NCBI RefSeq assembly: GCF_009914755.1
Contig: NC_060925.1
Source: the human T2T-CHM13v2.0 reference genome, Homo sapiens
Length of the DNA: 64,000 bases
Direction: 5' to 3' (one strand)
A program made the position numbers and the translations under genes. The notes under the pieces were generated by a model. It was given only the letters and a program-made list of their open reading frames with translations. It did no database searches and was not told the origin of the DNA. How positions within the stretch are numbered: the stretch's first letter is position 1; every line of letters begins with the position of its first letter. Shown here in pieces: positions 1 through 13,790 of the stretch.

Positions 1-52
1 CTGTAAAGTCCCTGTGGGCTTCAGGGAGCAAGAGAGGCAAATCATATGGGTT

Positions 53-487
53 GTGTCTTAGCCCATTCTTGCACTGCTATAAAGAAACACCTGAGACTGG
101 ATAGTTTATAAGAAAAGAGGTTTAATTGGCTCACAGTTCTACAGGCTGTACAGGAAGTATAGCAGCTTCTGCATCTGGGGGTCCTCAGGAAACTTACAAT
201 CATGGTGGAAGGTGAAGGGGAAGCAAGTGCCTCTTACATGGCTGGAGTAGGAGAATGGTGGTGGTGGTGGTGGTGGTGGTGGGAGGTGTGGAAGTGCCAC
301 ATACTTTTAAACAACCAGATCTTATGAGAACTCTATCATGAGAATAGCACAGAGGAGACGGTCCTAAAGCATTGATGAGAATTTCGCCCTCATGATCTAA
401 TTACCTCCCATCAGTCCCCATCTCCAACACTGGGGACTACAATTTAACATGAGATTTGGGTGAGGACACAGATCTAAACCAAATTAT
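53..487 (-). mobile_element. MaLR LTR (MSTA/MSTB-like), the 3' LTR of a truncated element
   Basis: Contains 'gctataaagaaacacctgagactgg...gaggtttaattggctcacagttc...gagatttgggtgaggacacagatc', the reverse complement of the MST LTR. A (GGT)n expansion sits at ~257-280. Confidence 0.85.
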
Positions 488-1670
488 TTCACCCCTGATC
501 CCTCCAAATCTCGTGTCCTCCTCACATTGCAAAAGTACAATCATGACTTCCCAATAATTCACAGTCTTAACTCATTACAGCATTAACTCAAAAGTCCAAA
601 GTCCAAAGTCTCATCTCAGACAAGGCAAAAGTCTCTTCACCTATGAGCCTGTAAAATCAAAAACAAGTTTGTTTCTTCCAAGATACAATGAAAGTATAGG
701 CATTGGGTAAATACTCCTGTGCCAAAAGAAAGATATCAGCCAGAAAGGAGCTACAGGCCCCAATCAATTCTGAAACCCAGCAGGGCAGTAATTAAACCTT
801 AAAGCTCTAATCTCGTTTGACCCCATGTCTCATATCCAGGCCACATTGATGCAAAGGGTAAGCTCCCAAGGCCTTGGGCACCTCCACCTCTGTGGCTTTG
901 CAGGATTTAGCCCCTGCAGCTGCCCTCAAGGGCTAGCATTGAGTGCCTACAGCTTTTCCAGGTGCGTGGTGCAAGCTGTTGGTGGCTCTACCATTCTGGG
1001 GTCTGAAGGATGGTGGCCCTCTTCTCCCAGTTCCACTAGGCAGTGCCCCAGTGGGGACTCCGTGTGGGGGCTCCAACCCCACACTTCCCCCTCTGCACTG
1101 CCCTAGTAGAAATTCTCTGTGAAGGCTCTGCCCCTGCAGCAGGCTTCTGCCTGGACATCCAGGTTTTCCATACATCCTCTGAAATCTAGGCAGAGGCTCC
1201 CAAGCCTCATGTCTTGCATTGTGCATGCCTGTAGGCTTAACACCCCATGGAAGCCACCAAGGCTTATGGCTTGCTCCCTCTGAAGCAGTGACCCAAGCTG
1301 TACCTGGGCCTCTGAGCCATGGCTGGTGCTGTAGTGGCTGGGACACAGGGAGCAGAGTCCTGAGGCTGCACAGGATGGCAGGGCCCTAGGCCTGACCCAC
1401 GAAACCAATCTGCCCTCCCACACCTCCAGGACTGTGATGGCGGTGGCGGTGGCTGCTGCAAAGGTTTCTGAAATGCCTTTGAGACCTTTTCCCCACTGTC
1501 TTGGCTATTAGCACTTGGCTCCATTTTACTTATGCAAATTTCTGCAGCCTGCTTCGATTCTTACCTTGGAAATGGGGTTTTCTTTTCCACCACATGGGTG
1601 GGCTGCAAATTTTTCAAACTTTTACACTCTGCTTCCCCTTTAAATATAAATTTCAGGTTCTGGTCATTTC
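488..1670 (-). mobile_element. MST internal region (MST-int), truncated
   Basis: Typical MaLR internal text such as 'cattaactcaaaagtccaaagtc' and 'ggtggctctaccattctggggtctg'. It abuts the LTR and ends abruptly at an Alu fragment. Confidence 0.85.
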
Positions 1671-1788
1671 TTGAACCCGGGACGCAGAGGTTGCTGTGAG
1701 CCGAGATCACGCCACTGCACTCCAGCCTGGGCGACAGAGTGAGACTCCACCTCAAAAAAAAAAAGAAAGAAAGAAAGAAAGAAAGAAA
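1671..1788 (+). mobile_element. Alu right-arm fragment with A/(GAAA)n tail
   Basis: 'ttgaacccgggacgcagaggttgc...ccagcctgggcgacagagtgagactcc' followed by poly-A and (GAAA)n. Confidence 0.9.
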
Positions 1789-1789
1789 G

Positions 1790-1950
1790 GCATAATAGAA
1801 TTTTGGGGGGATGATGGAAATGTTCTAAACTTAATTGTGGTAGTTACATAATATATACATTTATTTTAAAAACTTCGTCAAACTATACACTTAAATTTAG
1901 TGCATTTTCTTGCATATAAATGAATTCTTAATAAAGATGATTTTTAAAAA
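1790..1950 (+). mobile_element. Old L1M 3' end
   Basis: 'gatgatggaaatgttcta...actatacacttaaa...aataaa' matches the L1M 3' UTR terminus. Confidence 0.65.
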
Positions 1951-4329
1951 ACAACTCAGTTTGCCCAGTTCCTAGGCCCCTTCTGCATCCAGCGGCCCAC
2001 TGCACCAGCAGCAGGGGTTACCGGTCTAGGCTGCCACTGCCTGATAGTTTGAGCCACTGCTCTCATCACTTCCTATTCTGGGGAACACAGGTGCCCACTC
2101 ATTGCTGGTGAAGACACTGGTCCCCTTTTCACTGGGTTTCTTAGCAGAAAGATCCTTTCAAGAAAAATACAGATCTGTTCTTCCAGTTCCCATTTCCCCA
2201 ACATTCATCTCAGTCTCTCCTAGGAAAAATGTTCACAATGCCTCGTTCTTCCCCAGAAGGGATTCCAAGTGGAATCAGGATGCCTGGGATATGTGGCTCC
2301 AGCCCCAGGTTGAGGGGTGGGTCTCTTGGGCTTTGGGACCCAGGTGTGGCCCTTCAGTCGGGGTCAGATGCTGGAGACCCTCTCAGGCTTCTTAGTGGGA
2401 TGGGGTGGGGGTAGGATCATCCACAAACACCAAGGTTTGGCAGAGCAAACACCTCCTGTTCACAGGAAAACAACCAGGTGGGCTTCCCGGAGGGCGGAAC
2501 ACCCAGCCCCAGCATCCAGGGCTCACCTACCACGTTTGTGACCTTCCTTCCATTCACGCAGGAGGCAGGGGCAACGCCTGTGACCACCACGCTGGACCAG
2601 GCATTACCAGACACCACACTCTTTCCTTGCTGGAGTCCCAGTATTTTCTTACCATAATACCCTTATCATGATTTTTAGATGAAGGCTGAACCATCTCTAT
2701 CATGAATCAGACCCAGATGGTTACACATGGCTTTAAGATCCCCAAGAGAACGGGGCCGTCCTCCTTCAAGTTTTTCCCATTGCGCTCCTCCTGTCTGTCC
2801 CTCTCAGTGCCTCCTTGTCTGTCGAGATCCCCTTTCCAGGTTACTCAGTTACGCGTGGGGCCATCATTTCTTGTGCCCATCAGACACTGGTGCTCCCTCT
2901 GGGGCCAGGTACCTTCCCCCTTTACTTCAGGGATCCCTGATGGAATCCGAATGTGTAGGCAAGTGTGGGGGGCCTGGGGAGCTTTAGGAAAACTGGAGGG
3001 AATGACGGAGGAGGAGACAGGGAGGGAACTCCCGGGAAGGAGGTGCCGCTAGAGCTGGTCTCCACCTCCTGCTCTTGTTCTCCACCCCTCAGCCGCTGTC
3101 CTTCACCAGGGCCTCCTTCCAGCCACTGTGCTTGGGCTGCTTAAGTCAGGAGGTCAGAGGAAGCTCAGGCCTGTGTCCCCTAACCCGTGTCATGAGGAGC
3201 CGTCCTTGCAGGCAAAGCATGGAAGACACTGGTTGGTACCAATTTCTCTCTTTTCCTACAGCATTGCAATCACTATTCAGAGAACACTGGGCTCAGAGAG
3301 GTTAGGAGACTGGACCAACGTCACAAAGCAAGCAACTGCTGAGCAGAGCCTCCCTACAAAGCCCATGCTGTTTGTGATGATATTGCAATAACCACAAGCC
3401 AGCTGAGTTCTCCCGGTGAGACTGAGGCCCACAGCTGGGACATCCCCAGTCCACACCCCCCATACCCCATGCATGCCCCCAATGCAAGGCCACCTGGGAG
3501 AATGACAGGGTGACTCTGGGCTGCACCAGAAGCTGCATGTGGGGTTCCTCACTACCAAAGAGAGAAAGTCAGTTTTCTGGGGACCTCTGGTGACCATCAA
3601 AAGCGTTAATGAAATTACTGGCAACAACCCCCTAAAACCATGACCGAAACATAACCACCTAAGGCACATTCGATCTGAATCGTTTCCATGACTCCATAAC
3701 AAGAGGAGACAGCAAGAACATAGCTTCCACTGCCCCCAGCTCTGGGTTCCCCTCATGGTCATCCCCCCTCTTTACTGGTGACACTCACCCTGCTCTGGGG
3801 AGCCAGGAAGGAGCCTGCATGGATTTCCCTTTTAACATTTCTACCTGGCCTGTCTGTCTCAGGTCACCATCCAGCCACCATCAAGTTCCAATTAACTTTT
3901 TGCCCCAAATTAGACAGGGAGACTCAGTGAATGAGCACCGACGGCAGATGATGCACGGACACACTCAGGGCCATTGAGGAGAGCGCTGCCCTGGTTAACT
4001 ACACTTGCTGATTGCTATTTAATTGCCCAGATGCGTCAGGAAGGCACCACGCTTCCCTCATTTAGTCCTGACATCTGTGAGCAAGATGTAACGGTGTGAG
4101 ATTCAATCAACAACGAGACATAGGAGCTTCTCCGTTTTCCCAACTTCACCAGCTGAGCCTTGCCTGCTTCCTGCCTCTGGGTCGTCTCTGAAAGGGACTA
4201 AGGGACTAAAAAACTAAGAGGGACAGGGGGGCGTTTCCATTGTCTCCCAGCTCTGTCGTCTCCCTGCATCTCCTAACCACGCATGCCAGATCAGGGAGCA
4301 ACATCCGGGCACCAATGGCAGTAGCTGTT

Positions 4330-5100
4330 GCTACTTAAATCCACACAGATGCTGAGTTCAAGCTTCTGCATGCGGCACCTCAATTTGTTCTTACAGGAGG
4401 CTCCAGATGAGGCATTAGGAGTGTCCCTCGTTTACACCTGGGTAAACTGAGGCTCGAGAGGGGTAGTGACCTCTCCAGGGCCACGAGCTAGAAGCTGGGA
4501 GTGCCACAATTTAAACCCAGTCTCTGTGGCTCTGAAGCTCAGATTCTTCCAATAATCTCCTACCCTGACCCCATCCCATAATGAAAATAAATATTTGGGG
4601 ACTTTATACTTATTAGACCTGCACACACATTATCTCATCTAACCTCATGACAGCCCTGTGACAGGGGTACCATTGCTGTGGGCACTTCACAAAGGTAGAG
4701 GTTGAGAATTAGACAGGCTACACATACCAGCCCAAAGTCACACAGCCGGGAGGGGGCAGAGCCAGGATCAGAACCAGGTAAGGGATTCTGAATTCTGCTG
4801 AATCTGCAGAGGCAGCATGTCTTAGTCACCCACCAGGCCAGCATAGTGTTTAAATACACAGAAGTTTAATGCCCAGGGACTGTCTAATTAGCTTACAGAG
4901 AATATGGAACTGTACGGAGCTGATTTCAAGTCTCAGATTCCCCCTTAGATGTAGGTAATTTTAATCTCTCTGGGCGTCGGTGTCATTATTTGTAGGATGG
5001 GGACAATTGTATTCACTCGGTGTGAAGATACATTGAGAAAACATGTATGGAGAATATGTACACAGTGCCTGGCAAGATACAAACTCAAAAAATATAGCTC
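4330..5100. mobile_element. Cluster of MIR fragments
   Basis: MIR core motifs 'gtaaactgaggctcgagaggggtagtgacc', 'cccaaagtcacacagcc' and 'cacagtgcctggca'. Confidence 0.6.
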
Positions 5101-6246
5101 ATACTTTCTAAGGAAAAAAAAAAAACAGAAAATCTAGGTTCTATTCAGAAAAAAAAATGATCCCCAAATCTAAGTCCACCTGTTGCAATATTCAGCTCTC
5201 TTGCCATAAATAAAGTGAGCTTGGTTTTGAGACTGTGGTTCAGAAACCATCCTACAAGGCAGTACCCAGAGGGCACATATTTTCAGAAGCCTGGCCCAGG
5301 GCTTTGGGCAGCCGGGCCTTGGATCAGAGGTACCAGGTTTCAGGCAGGGCCCTGTGCTGACCTACAGGACTAGGGGTCAGACCCTGCAGGGCTGAGGGCC
5401 GAGGGTTGCATGGGGATGCCAGGGTAAACCTAGACTCAGGCTGGAGACCCTCAAGGGAGGCCAAGCCAGCACCCCCTGTTAGGCCAGAAGAGACATACAG
5501 GTCCCTGCAGGCGTGGCAAATGCAGCCTCCGGAGCTTTCTGAGCCTGGATTACATCCCACCTTTGGCAGGAAAAGTCCTACTCCTCTGCCAGGCAATGGG
5601 TTTGTAGCAGTTTACCATCCGAGCAGGCTCCAGCCTGACCATCTCCAGCCTCCTGCCATACCATATCTGAACCTGGAGCAGTGAGGCTGATGCCCAGGCT
5701 CCAGGCAGCTGGAAGGAAGCCCTCAAGCTTTCTTCAGGATAGAGAGAGCCCAGGATCCAAGGGAGGCAGCAAACCTAGTGTGGCATCAGCATCCCCTAGT
5801 CACCAACCTGCCCTGCAGGTCCTCATCCCAAAGCACGGATGATGGAATCTTCCAGAATGAACAAGAGGGTCAAATGGGATAATGTGCCACCCATGACCAC
5901 ATGCCCAACAGTGGGGATATGGTTTAATTATATTGCAATCATAAAATAAAATGCTCTCCAGCACCCAATATAAGCTTGGAGGAGAATAATGTCCATAATA
6001 AATATATTTTTATTTTTAGTATTTTTCTATTATGAGATATATCATACATGCAACTAGACTGAATTTTATATTAATCTCTCCCTTTTTCTCTTGTGGTTTT
6101 TCCACATTAAGTGTGTAATCCTAAACAATATGTTCTTTCATTTTCTCAGCTTCCATCTTAATATAAATGGATTATATTTATGTTCTCCTGACTTGCCTTT
6201 GCAGACCAATATTGTTTCTAAGAGTCATGCATCCTTCATTAAGTAT

Positions 6247-6650
6247 CGATATTGGATCTGTGTCTCCACCAAATCTCATGTCGAATTGTAATCCCCAGTG
6301 TTGGAGGTGGAGCCTAGTAGGAGGTGATCATGGGGGCAGATTTCTCGTGTATGGTTTAGCACAACCCTGCTTGGCACTGTCCTTGCAACAGTGAGAGAGT
6401 TCTCATGAGATCTGGTCTTTTAAAAGTGTGTGGCACCTTGCTCTCTCTTGCTCCTGCTGCAACCATGTAAGAAGCCTGCTCCCACTTCACCTTCCATCAT
6501 GATTGTAAGTTTACTGAGGCCTCCCCAGAAGCAGAAACCACTATGCTTCCTGTACAGCCTATAGAACCATGAGACAATTAAACCCCTTCTCTTTATAGAT
6601 TACCCAGCCTCCTGTGTTTCTTTATAGCAATGTGAGAACAGACTAATACA
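6247..6650 (+). mobile_element. MST (MSTA/B) solo LTR
   Basis: Runs 'ggatctgtgtctccaccaaatctcatg' to 'gactaataca'. A 5-bp TSD AGTAT lies at 6242-6246 and 6651-6655. Confidence 0.9.
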
Positions 6651-7419
6651 AGTATGCAGTCTAGTTCCATCACCTCTGCACTGGGTGTCCCCGTGTGTTT
6701 ATGCATCTCGATTTCTTTTGCCATGCTATCGAGGGTGGCATTTGAGTTATTTCCTTTATTTATTTTTTCTATTAAAAATAAGACTGATGTTAAAGTACAC
6801 GTATCCTGGAGTTCCTCTGGGGTGACATATGAGGACGTGGAGTTGATGGCTTGTAAAGTATGTGCATCTTCAAATGTATCAGATGGCACATTGTTTTCCA
6901 AAGGGCTTGTACTCATCTACACTCCCACCAGCAATAAATGAAGCCTGTTTGTTTCATTGCCTCCTCGATTTCTGGAGTCACTGTCAGACGTATTAGTGAG
7001 GGTTCCAGCAGGAAGCAAGTTGTTCCACGAAGAGGCCTTGGTGAAGAGACTACTTCCAAAAACAGCACCAAATTACCAGACAAACCAGAGGTGGTGAGAG
7101 ATTCTGGTACCACTCCTGGGGTGAAGGGAGAAGGGAGTGTGGGTATTGCCAGAGACCAGAGGAGGACTGCTCTGTAAAAGCTGCAGAAGTGGGGAGAAGC
7201 AGACACACAGGAGGGGCCAGGGGAGGACTCTGAGCTCTCTCTTCCCACCGCATAATCTGTGCTAATCAGAAACCAGCAGCCATGAGACCCAGGTAACTTA
7301 GCCCGTGGAGGGTAGTATAAAGCACACAGAGTGGGGAAGGGAAGCTTGGGGGACAGAGAATAGCCAGTCCATCAGATGTTTATGTTTGTACCTACATGTC
7401 GGGGGTGAGATGATTTCTT

Positions 7420-9130
7420 GTTTTTATTTTAATTTGCATTTCCACAGTTACCAGTAAGAGTGGGCACCTTTTCATAGATTTTATTGGATATTCATAACTC
7501 TCTCTAGGAAATGCCCACTTGTGTCATTTGCCCATTTATTGACTTGCAGGATATCTTTGCGTCTTCTAGATACAATTACTTATGAGTTACATGGGCAGTA
7601 AATAACTTCTCCAGTTGGTGGTGTGCCTTTTGCCCTCTTTATGGTGTCTTTAGATATGTAGACGTATTTAAATATTGTCAACTCTATCAATGTTTGCCTT
7701 TATGATTTATTTTATGGTATGTATGTGGGTGTCAGTTTGTTAGGGATGTGGTTTCTCCTAAGCCTTGTTTAGGAAACCATTCCCTCCCTGAAGTCATAAC
7801 ATTCATACCTTCTATGTGCTCTTCTAAAAGTATTAAAGTTTTGCTTTTCATTTTAAGTGCTTGATCCAACATCATCAATGAATGTGATGAGAGAGGGGAG
7901 CATGTAATTTTATTTTTCCACAAGTATAATTATTTCAACATTTTTGATTGATTACCCCTCCTTGTCTTCTCTTATCCATAAATATGCAATATATCTAAAT
8001 TTATTTAAGTATTTAAAGATGTCTTCAATAAAGTTTTATAATATTCAGTACAAATACCTTGCATATCTTTCATTAGATTTATTCTCAGTTTACTTTTATT
8101 GTCATTGCTCTTTGTAAATTGTATTTGTTTAAATTAACTGTTAAGTTGATCATTGCTGTTGTATAGAAGTACAATTAACTTGTATATTGTCTTATGTCTA
8201 CATAAGGTCATATAAGATCAATATAACCTTTAGTAAAGCTTAATAACTTTACTCAACTCTCTACTTATTTCTATAGTTTGTCTCTAGATTCTTTTGAATT
8301 TTTCTAAGACAGGCATATTATTCTGCACATAATGACAGTTTTATTCCTTCCTTCTGATTTATGTATCTTTTATTTATTTTTCTTGTCTTATTGCACTGTT
8401 TAGTTCCTCCAATACAATGTTAAATAGCAGTGGCTTGAAGAAATGCTTTAAGTATTTTGCCATTGAGTATGACATTTGCTACAGGCTTTTAGAATCTAAA
8501 TGGCTGTTTTACAGTTTGAGTAAGAAAAATTTCTGTCATAAATGAACATTGATTTAAGTAAAGCTTTCTTTTTCTATTTACCTGCTCATAGCTTTTTGTT
8601 CATTAAGCTGTTAATGTGGAAGAAATAAATTTAGATATTTTCTATTTTTGCTTTCTGGAATAAAACCAACTTAGTAACAACAGGTTATCTGTTTTATACC
8701 TTGCTGCTATATTTGGCTAACATCTTTTTGAGATTTTGCTGTCCATGTTAATGTTTGAGATTAGTCCATAATTTCCCTTTCTCAAATTTGTTTTGATATC
8801 AAAATTATATACTTCTTATACATTGATTTTGTAAAACTATTCTCTGAAAAAAAATGTGCAGGAATATTGTCTATTCCTTGAATAGTAAAACCTGAATTTA
8901 AAACTCACTGGTACTAGTGTATTCTTTATAGGAATATTTTAAATTAAATTCAATTTCTGTAACAGTCATAGGAATATTCAGGTTTCTCTTCAGTCAGTTT
9001 TGGTACTTTATACTTTCCAAAGATTTTGTCCATTTTGTCTAAGTTTTCAAATTCACTGGTTTAAAATTGTTCACAGTGTTCTCTTATGATCTGTGCCTAT
9101 GCTGTATCTAACCTTTCCATGATGTGGTAT
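7420..9130 (-). mobile_element. Degenerate old L1 (L1M) fragments
   Basis: T-rich antisense L1 motifs such as 'ttttatttttaatttgcatttcc'-like text and 'tcctccaatacaatgttaaatagcagtgg'. Confidence 0.65.
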
Positions 9131-9951
9131 GGAAGAAAGTAAGTCAAAACGTAGCCTATAAAATACCAAGTTACACAGTAAAAGTGTAAGACTGTTTATT
9201 GCCGTGTAATTATTTTTGAATTATTAATGATATTTTTTTCCTTCTTTATCCTTGTGTACATTTTTTTAATTTTCTAATATAAGCATGTATAGCTTTTAAA
9301 ACCAGGGAAGAGACATACATATCATTTGATTCCAAAAAAGATAAAAATACTTCAGAAAAATAAAGCTGAGACTATTATTAAACAGCATTTGCTCAGCCTT
9401 CCTCTCTGTTTTTAACTCTCCACCACAGACCATGCCTGTCCTCTGGGCATTTTTCTTCCTTCTCCAATCCAGACTCTTCTGTTGGCTGTCCCGTTCTCCT
9501 GGACTCCCTGAATGACTCACAGAAACTTCACATTGAACAAACAAAACGACTTCCTTCTCCCTCCCAGCCTATGAGGCAGGCTCCTTCCCTCCCCTTCATG
9601 AAATCTCCAGGGAGCTCCAGACCTGGCCTGTTCATTCTCAGAAAACAAAAATCTTCCAATCACATTTGGTCACAAAAAACCTGTCAATTCAGAAATTAAA
9701 ATGTCCAGTGTGATTTCCTAGTCAAAACTCCAAACATCGTTTATGTTAAGGACCGCCACCCTGCCATTAGACAAGTTGAGGCTGGATGGCGGAGCAGAGG
9801 GAGGGGCATGGCAGCCTCTTCGAGCACCGCCCCATCCCCCTGAGTCCCGGCTGTGCCTTTAGACCTAACACTCCTCTAATTGGAGCAGAGACTTGGGTGA
9901 CACCAATGCCCCCAAGCCTTGATCTCCTCTGGCCGTGAATAGCCTCCAAAA

Positions 9952-10678
9952 TGATAGAGAACAGCTGGGATCCCTGCTAAGCCCCACCCTTAAGCCTGGA
10001 CCCACAGCCCTAAGTCAAAACAGCTGACTCTATTTTTCCACCCAAATGTTGCCTTTTTGGCCTGCCCTCCCACCCCCATCCTGTGCCCATAAAAGACTTC
10101 AGCTGGCAGAGCAACACCAGCAGCTGAGCTGTGAGCCAAGAAGCAACTGAGCATCGGAGACCACGGGTAGACATGGCTACTTCAGACAGTGTGGCTTTGG
10201 AGAGGGGCCCAGCCAGAGACGCTAGGCTTCAGGGAAAGATCACCTTCCCATCCCCTTTCCAGCCTCCCTTTCTGCTGAGAGCCACCCACCACTCAATCAA
10301 GTCTTCCGCATGCATCAACTTCCAAACAGTTCATGTGACCTGATTCTTCCTGGACGCCAGACAAGAACTCGGGTGCCAAGAGGGCAGGGGCTGCCACCCT
10401 GACCCTCCATTGAGCTGATTGGCATTGGCCATCCCCAGACAGCAGAGCTGAAAAAGCACTGGTTGTAACATGCTTGGACACTGCTGTGGGGCCCACACAG
10501 AGCCTGCTCCAGCCAGAGAAGAGTGACTGGCCAGTTCCCGCGTTCATTTGCTCCAGTTCCCACACTCACTCGCTCGCATGCTCCCTACTGTGAGGAGAAG
10601 CCAGCGTCCGGCTGAGTGAAACAAGCCACTCCATCCCCACCCCCCGACAAAGGGGATCAAGGGAACTATCCCATCTCA
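9952..10678 (+). mobile_element. ERV1 solo LTR, LTR1-family-like
   Basis: TG...CA ends. 'gccccacccttaagcctggaccc', 'gggaaagatcaccttcccat' and 'caagggaactatcccatctca' resemble LTR1. No clean TSD is visible. Confidence 0.7.
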
Positions 10679-10893
10679 GGATCATCAGAACCAGTGCCCA
10701 CTATTGGGATACACTGTGGGTCCTTCGTGTGCCATCAGGGGAACAGGTACTAATGTGATTCATGGAATTTACATAGTTCAGAAAATGTATTTTCCTCTCT
10801 CTGGCCACTTCATTTTCTCCTCCATCCCTGAGAATCTGATTGTCCACCCCATCTTCAGCTTTCCCTGCATCTCCAGGAAGTTGTCTTGGGCAG

Positions 10894-11281
10894 TGATATG
10901 GTTTGAATCTGTGTCCCCACTCAAATCTCATGTCAAATTGTAACCTCCAATGTTGGGGGTGGGACCTGGTGGGAGGTGAATGGATCATGGGGGTGGATTT
11001 CCCCCTTTGCTGCTGTTCTCATGATAGAGTTCTCATGAGATCTGGTTGTTTAAAAGTGTGTGACACCTCCCCCTGCCATTCCAGCCATGTAAGACATGCC
11101 TGCTTCCCCTTCCGCTTCTGCCATGAATATAAGTTTCCTGAGGCTTCCCCAGGAGCCGAGCAGATTCCAGCATCATGCTTTCCGTACAGCCTGCAGAACT
11201 GTGAGCCAATTAGACCTTTTTCTTTATAAATTACCCAGTGTCTGGTATTTTTTTATAGCAGTGCCAAAACGGACTAATACA
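10894..11281 (+). mobile_element. MSTA-like solo LTR
   Basis: Runs 'tgatatggtttgaatctgtgtcccc' to 'cggactaataca'. Confidence 0.9.
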
Positions 11282-11655
11282 GGTGACATTTTCAGCATCT
11301 CCAGCCTGGCTCTCTCTGCAGTGTCTGCATGGAGTCTTGGAGAAACACTGACATGTCCATTCCCAGGTTGTGGTAGTTGGTGTTGTGGTGGCCCTCCTGC
11401 CCCTAAGATCCAGGGCACTTGCCAAGCTCTTTAAGTGGTCTTCTTGAAGCCCTGTCACTACATGCAAACTGAGGACTAAGAGACCTGCCACCCCCACTTC
11501 CTGGGGTTTGACAGCACCGACAACTTTTGGGTATCTTTACACATTAAAAACTCAACTTGTCCAAAATGAAGCCCATATCTTTGCTGACAAATACCAGCTC
11601 TATGCATAGCCTGCCCCTTCTCAATTGACCATGTGCCTTCTCACTTGGGGTAGGT

Positions 11656-11978
<323 letters not shown>

Positions 11979-11995
11979 TGAGTAGGTTTTGGAGT

Positions 11996-13005
11996 TGAAG
12001 GGGTGGACTGCCCCTCCACACCTGTGGGTATATCTCGTCACATGGGACGAGAGACTGAGAAAAGAAATAAGACACAGAGACAAAGTATAGAAAAAGAAAA
12101 GTGGGCCCAGGGGACCAGTGCTCAGCATACCAAGGACCTGCACTGGCACTGGTCTCTGAGTTCCCTCAGTTTTTATTGATTATTATTTTCACTATCTCAG
12201 CAAGAAGAATGAGGTAGGAGAGCAGGGTGATAATAGGGAGAAGGTCAGCAAGAAAACATGTGAGCAAAAGAATCTGTGTCATAATTAAGTTCAAGGGGAG
12301 GTACTATGCCTGGATGTGCACGTAGGCCAGATTTATGTTTCTCTCCGCCCAAACATCTCAGTGGAGTAAAGAATAACAAAGCAGCATTGCTGCCAACACG
12401 TCTCACCTCCCGCCATAGGGCAGTTTTTCTCCTATCTCAGAAATGAACAAATGTACAATCGAGTTTCATACTGAGACATTCAGTTCCCAGGGGCAGGCAG
12501 GAGACAGTGGCCTTCCTCTATCTCAGCTGCAAGAGGCTTTCCTCTATTACTAATCCACCTCAGCACAGACCCTTTACAGGTGTCGGGCTGGGGTACGGTC
12601 AGGTCTTTCTCATCCCATGAGGCCATATTTCAGACTATCACATGGGGAGAAACCTTGGACAATACCTGGCTTTCCAGGGCAGAGGTCCCTGCGGCTTTCT
12701 GCAGTGCATTGTGCCCCTGGTTTATTGAAACTAGAGAATGGCGATGACTTTTACCAAGCATACTGCTTGTAAACATTTTGTTAACAAGGCAAGTCCTGCA
12801 CAGCCCTAGATCCCTTAAACCTTGATTCCATACAACACATGTTTTTGTGAGCTCAAAGTTGGGGCAAAGTGGCTGGGGCAAAGTTACAAATTAACAGCAT
12901 CTCAGCAAAGCAATTGTTCAAGGTACAGGTCAAAATGGAATTTCTTATGTCTTCCCTTTCTACATAGACACAGTAACAGTCTGATCTCTCTTTCTTTTCC
13001 CTACA
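11996..13005 (-). mobile_element. HERV-K(HML-2) solo LTR (LTR5A/B-type)
   Basis: The minus strand begins 'tgtagggaaaagaaagagagatcagactgttactgtgtctatgtagaaaggg' and ends 'ccacaggtgtggaggggcagtccaccccttca'. Length is 1010 bp. A perfect 6-bp TSD TGGAGT lies at 11990-11995 and 13006-13011. AATAAA is at 12172-12177 (-). Confidence 0.93.
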
Positions 13006-13790
13006 TGGAGTCATCCTTGACCCCTCTCTGTGCCTCACAATCTCACTTCCTAGGAACCCGAGCCTCAGACCACGTCTGGAATCTCCCCCACACCTCTCCT
13101 ATCCATGGCTGCCACCTGGCCCAGGCCACCTGGACTCTCATATGTTGACTGGGCTCCATGTTTCTGTCTTTCCTGCAACTATTCATGCACAGTGCTCGGG
13201 GTCCCCAGTGCCAGCTCTTCAGGGCTCTCTGACTCAAGCCTGATAATGGTTCCCCATTGCATTATGCAGGGGAAAAGCCAGGACCTGCAGTGGCTCCCAA
13301 GCTCTCCTTGTGTGACCCCCTCCCCAAGAGCTTTTTTGTCCTCACTCTCCTCTGCTCCACCTGTGGCAGTCCCACTGACTCCTCGTCCTCCCTTGACTTT
13401 GCCAGGCCTACTCCCAGCTGGGGGCACTTGCATGTGATGCTCTCAGCCTGGAGCAGCCTTGCTCAAACAACTACAGGGCCAGTTTTCTCACTTCCTTTGT
13501 GTCTTCCTGGAATCATCACCTTCTCAGAAACTTGCATCCTTGTCCTCACCCACACACACATGCACACACACCAGCCCTCCCTAACTCTTTTACCCCAGCC
13601 CTTACTGCATCATCACACACCAGGCCATCTGCCTTCTCATCATGCTCATCATTAATTACCATCCTCTCCCCCTGTGGAATGTGGGTCCCAAGAGGCAGGG
13701 ACCTTTGTCTGCTCTTCTCACAAATGAATTCCTGGTACACACAATGCCTGGCTCATGGGAGACACCCCATTCATGTTGGAATCAATGACC
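13006..13790 (+). mobile_element. L2 3' portion, host of the Alu and LTR5 insertions
   Basis: 'ggagtcatccttgacccctctc' and the L2 terminus 'gaggcagggacctttgtctg...aatgcctggctcat'. An L2-like piece also lies at ~11550. Confidence 0.65.

Noticed and set aside
825-1524. ORFs similar to those at 15929-16341
   Set aside because: Both come from MST-int. The two regions look only ~80% alike, consistent with independent family members rather than a gene pair or local duplication.
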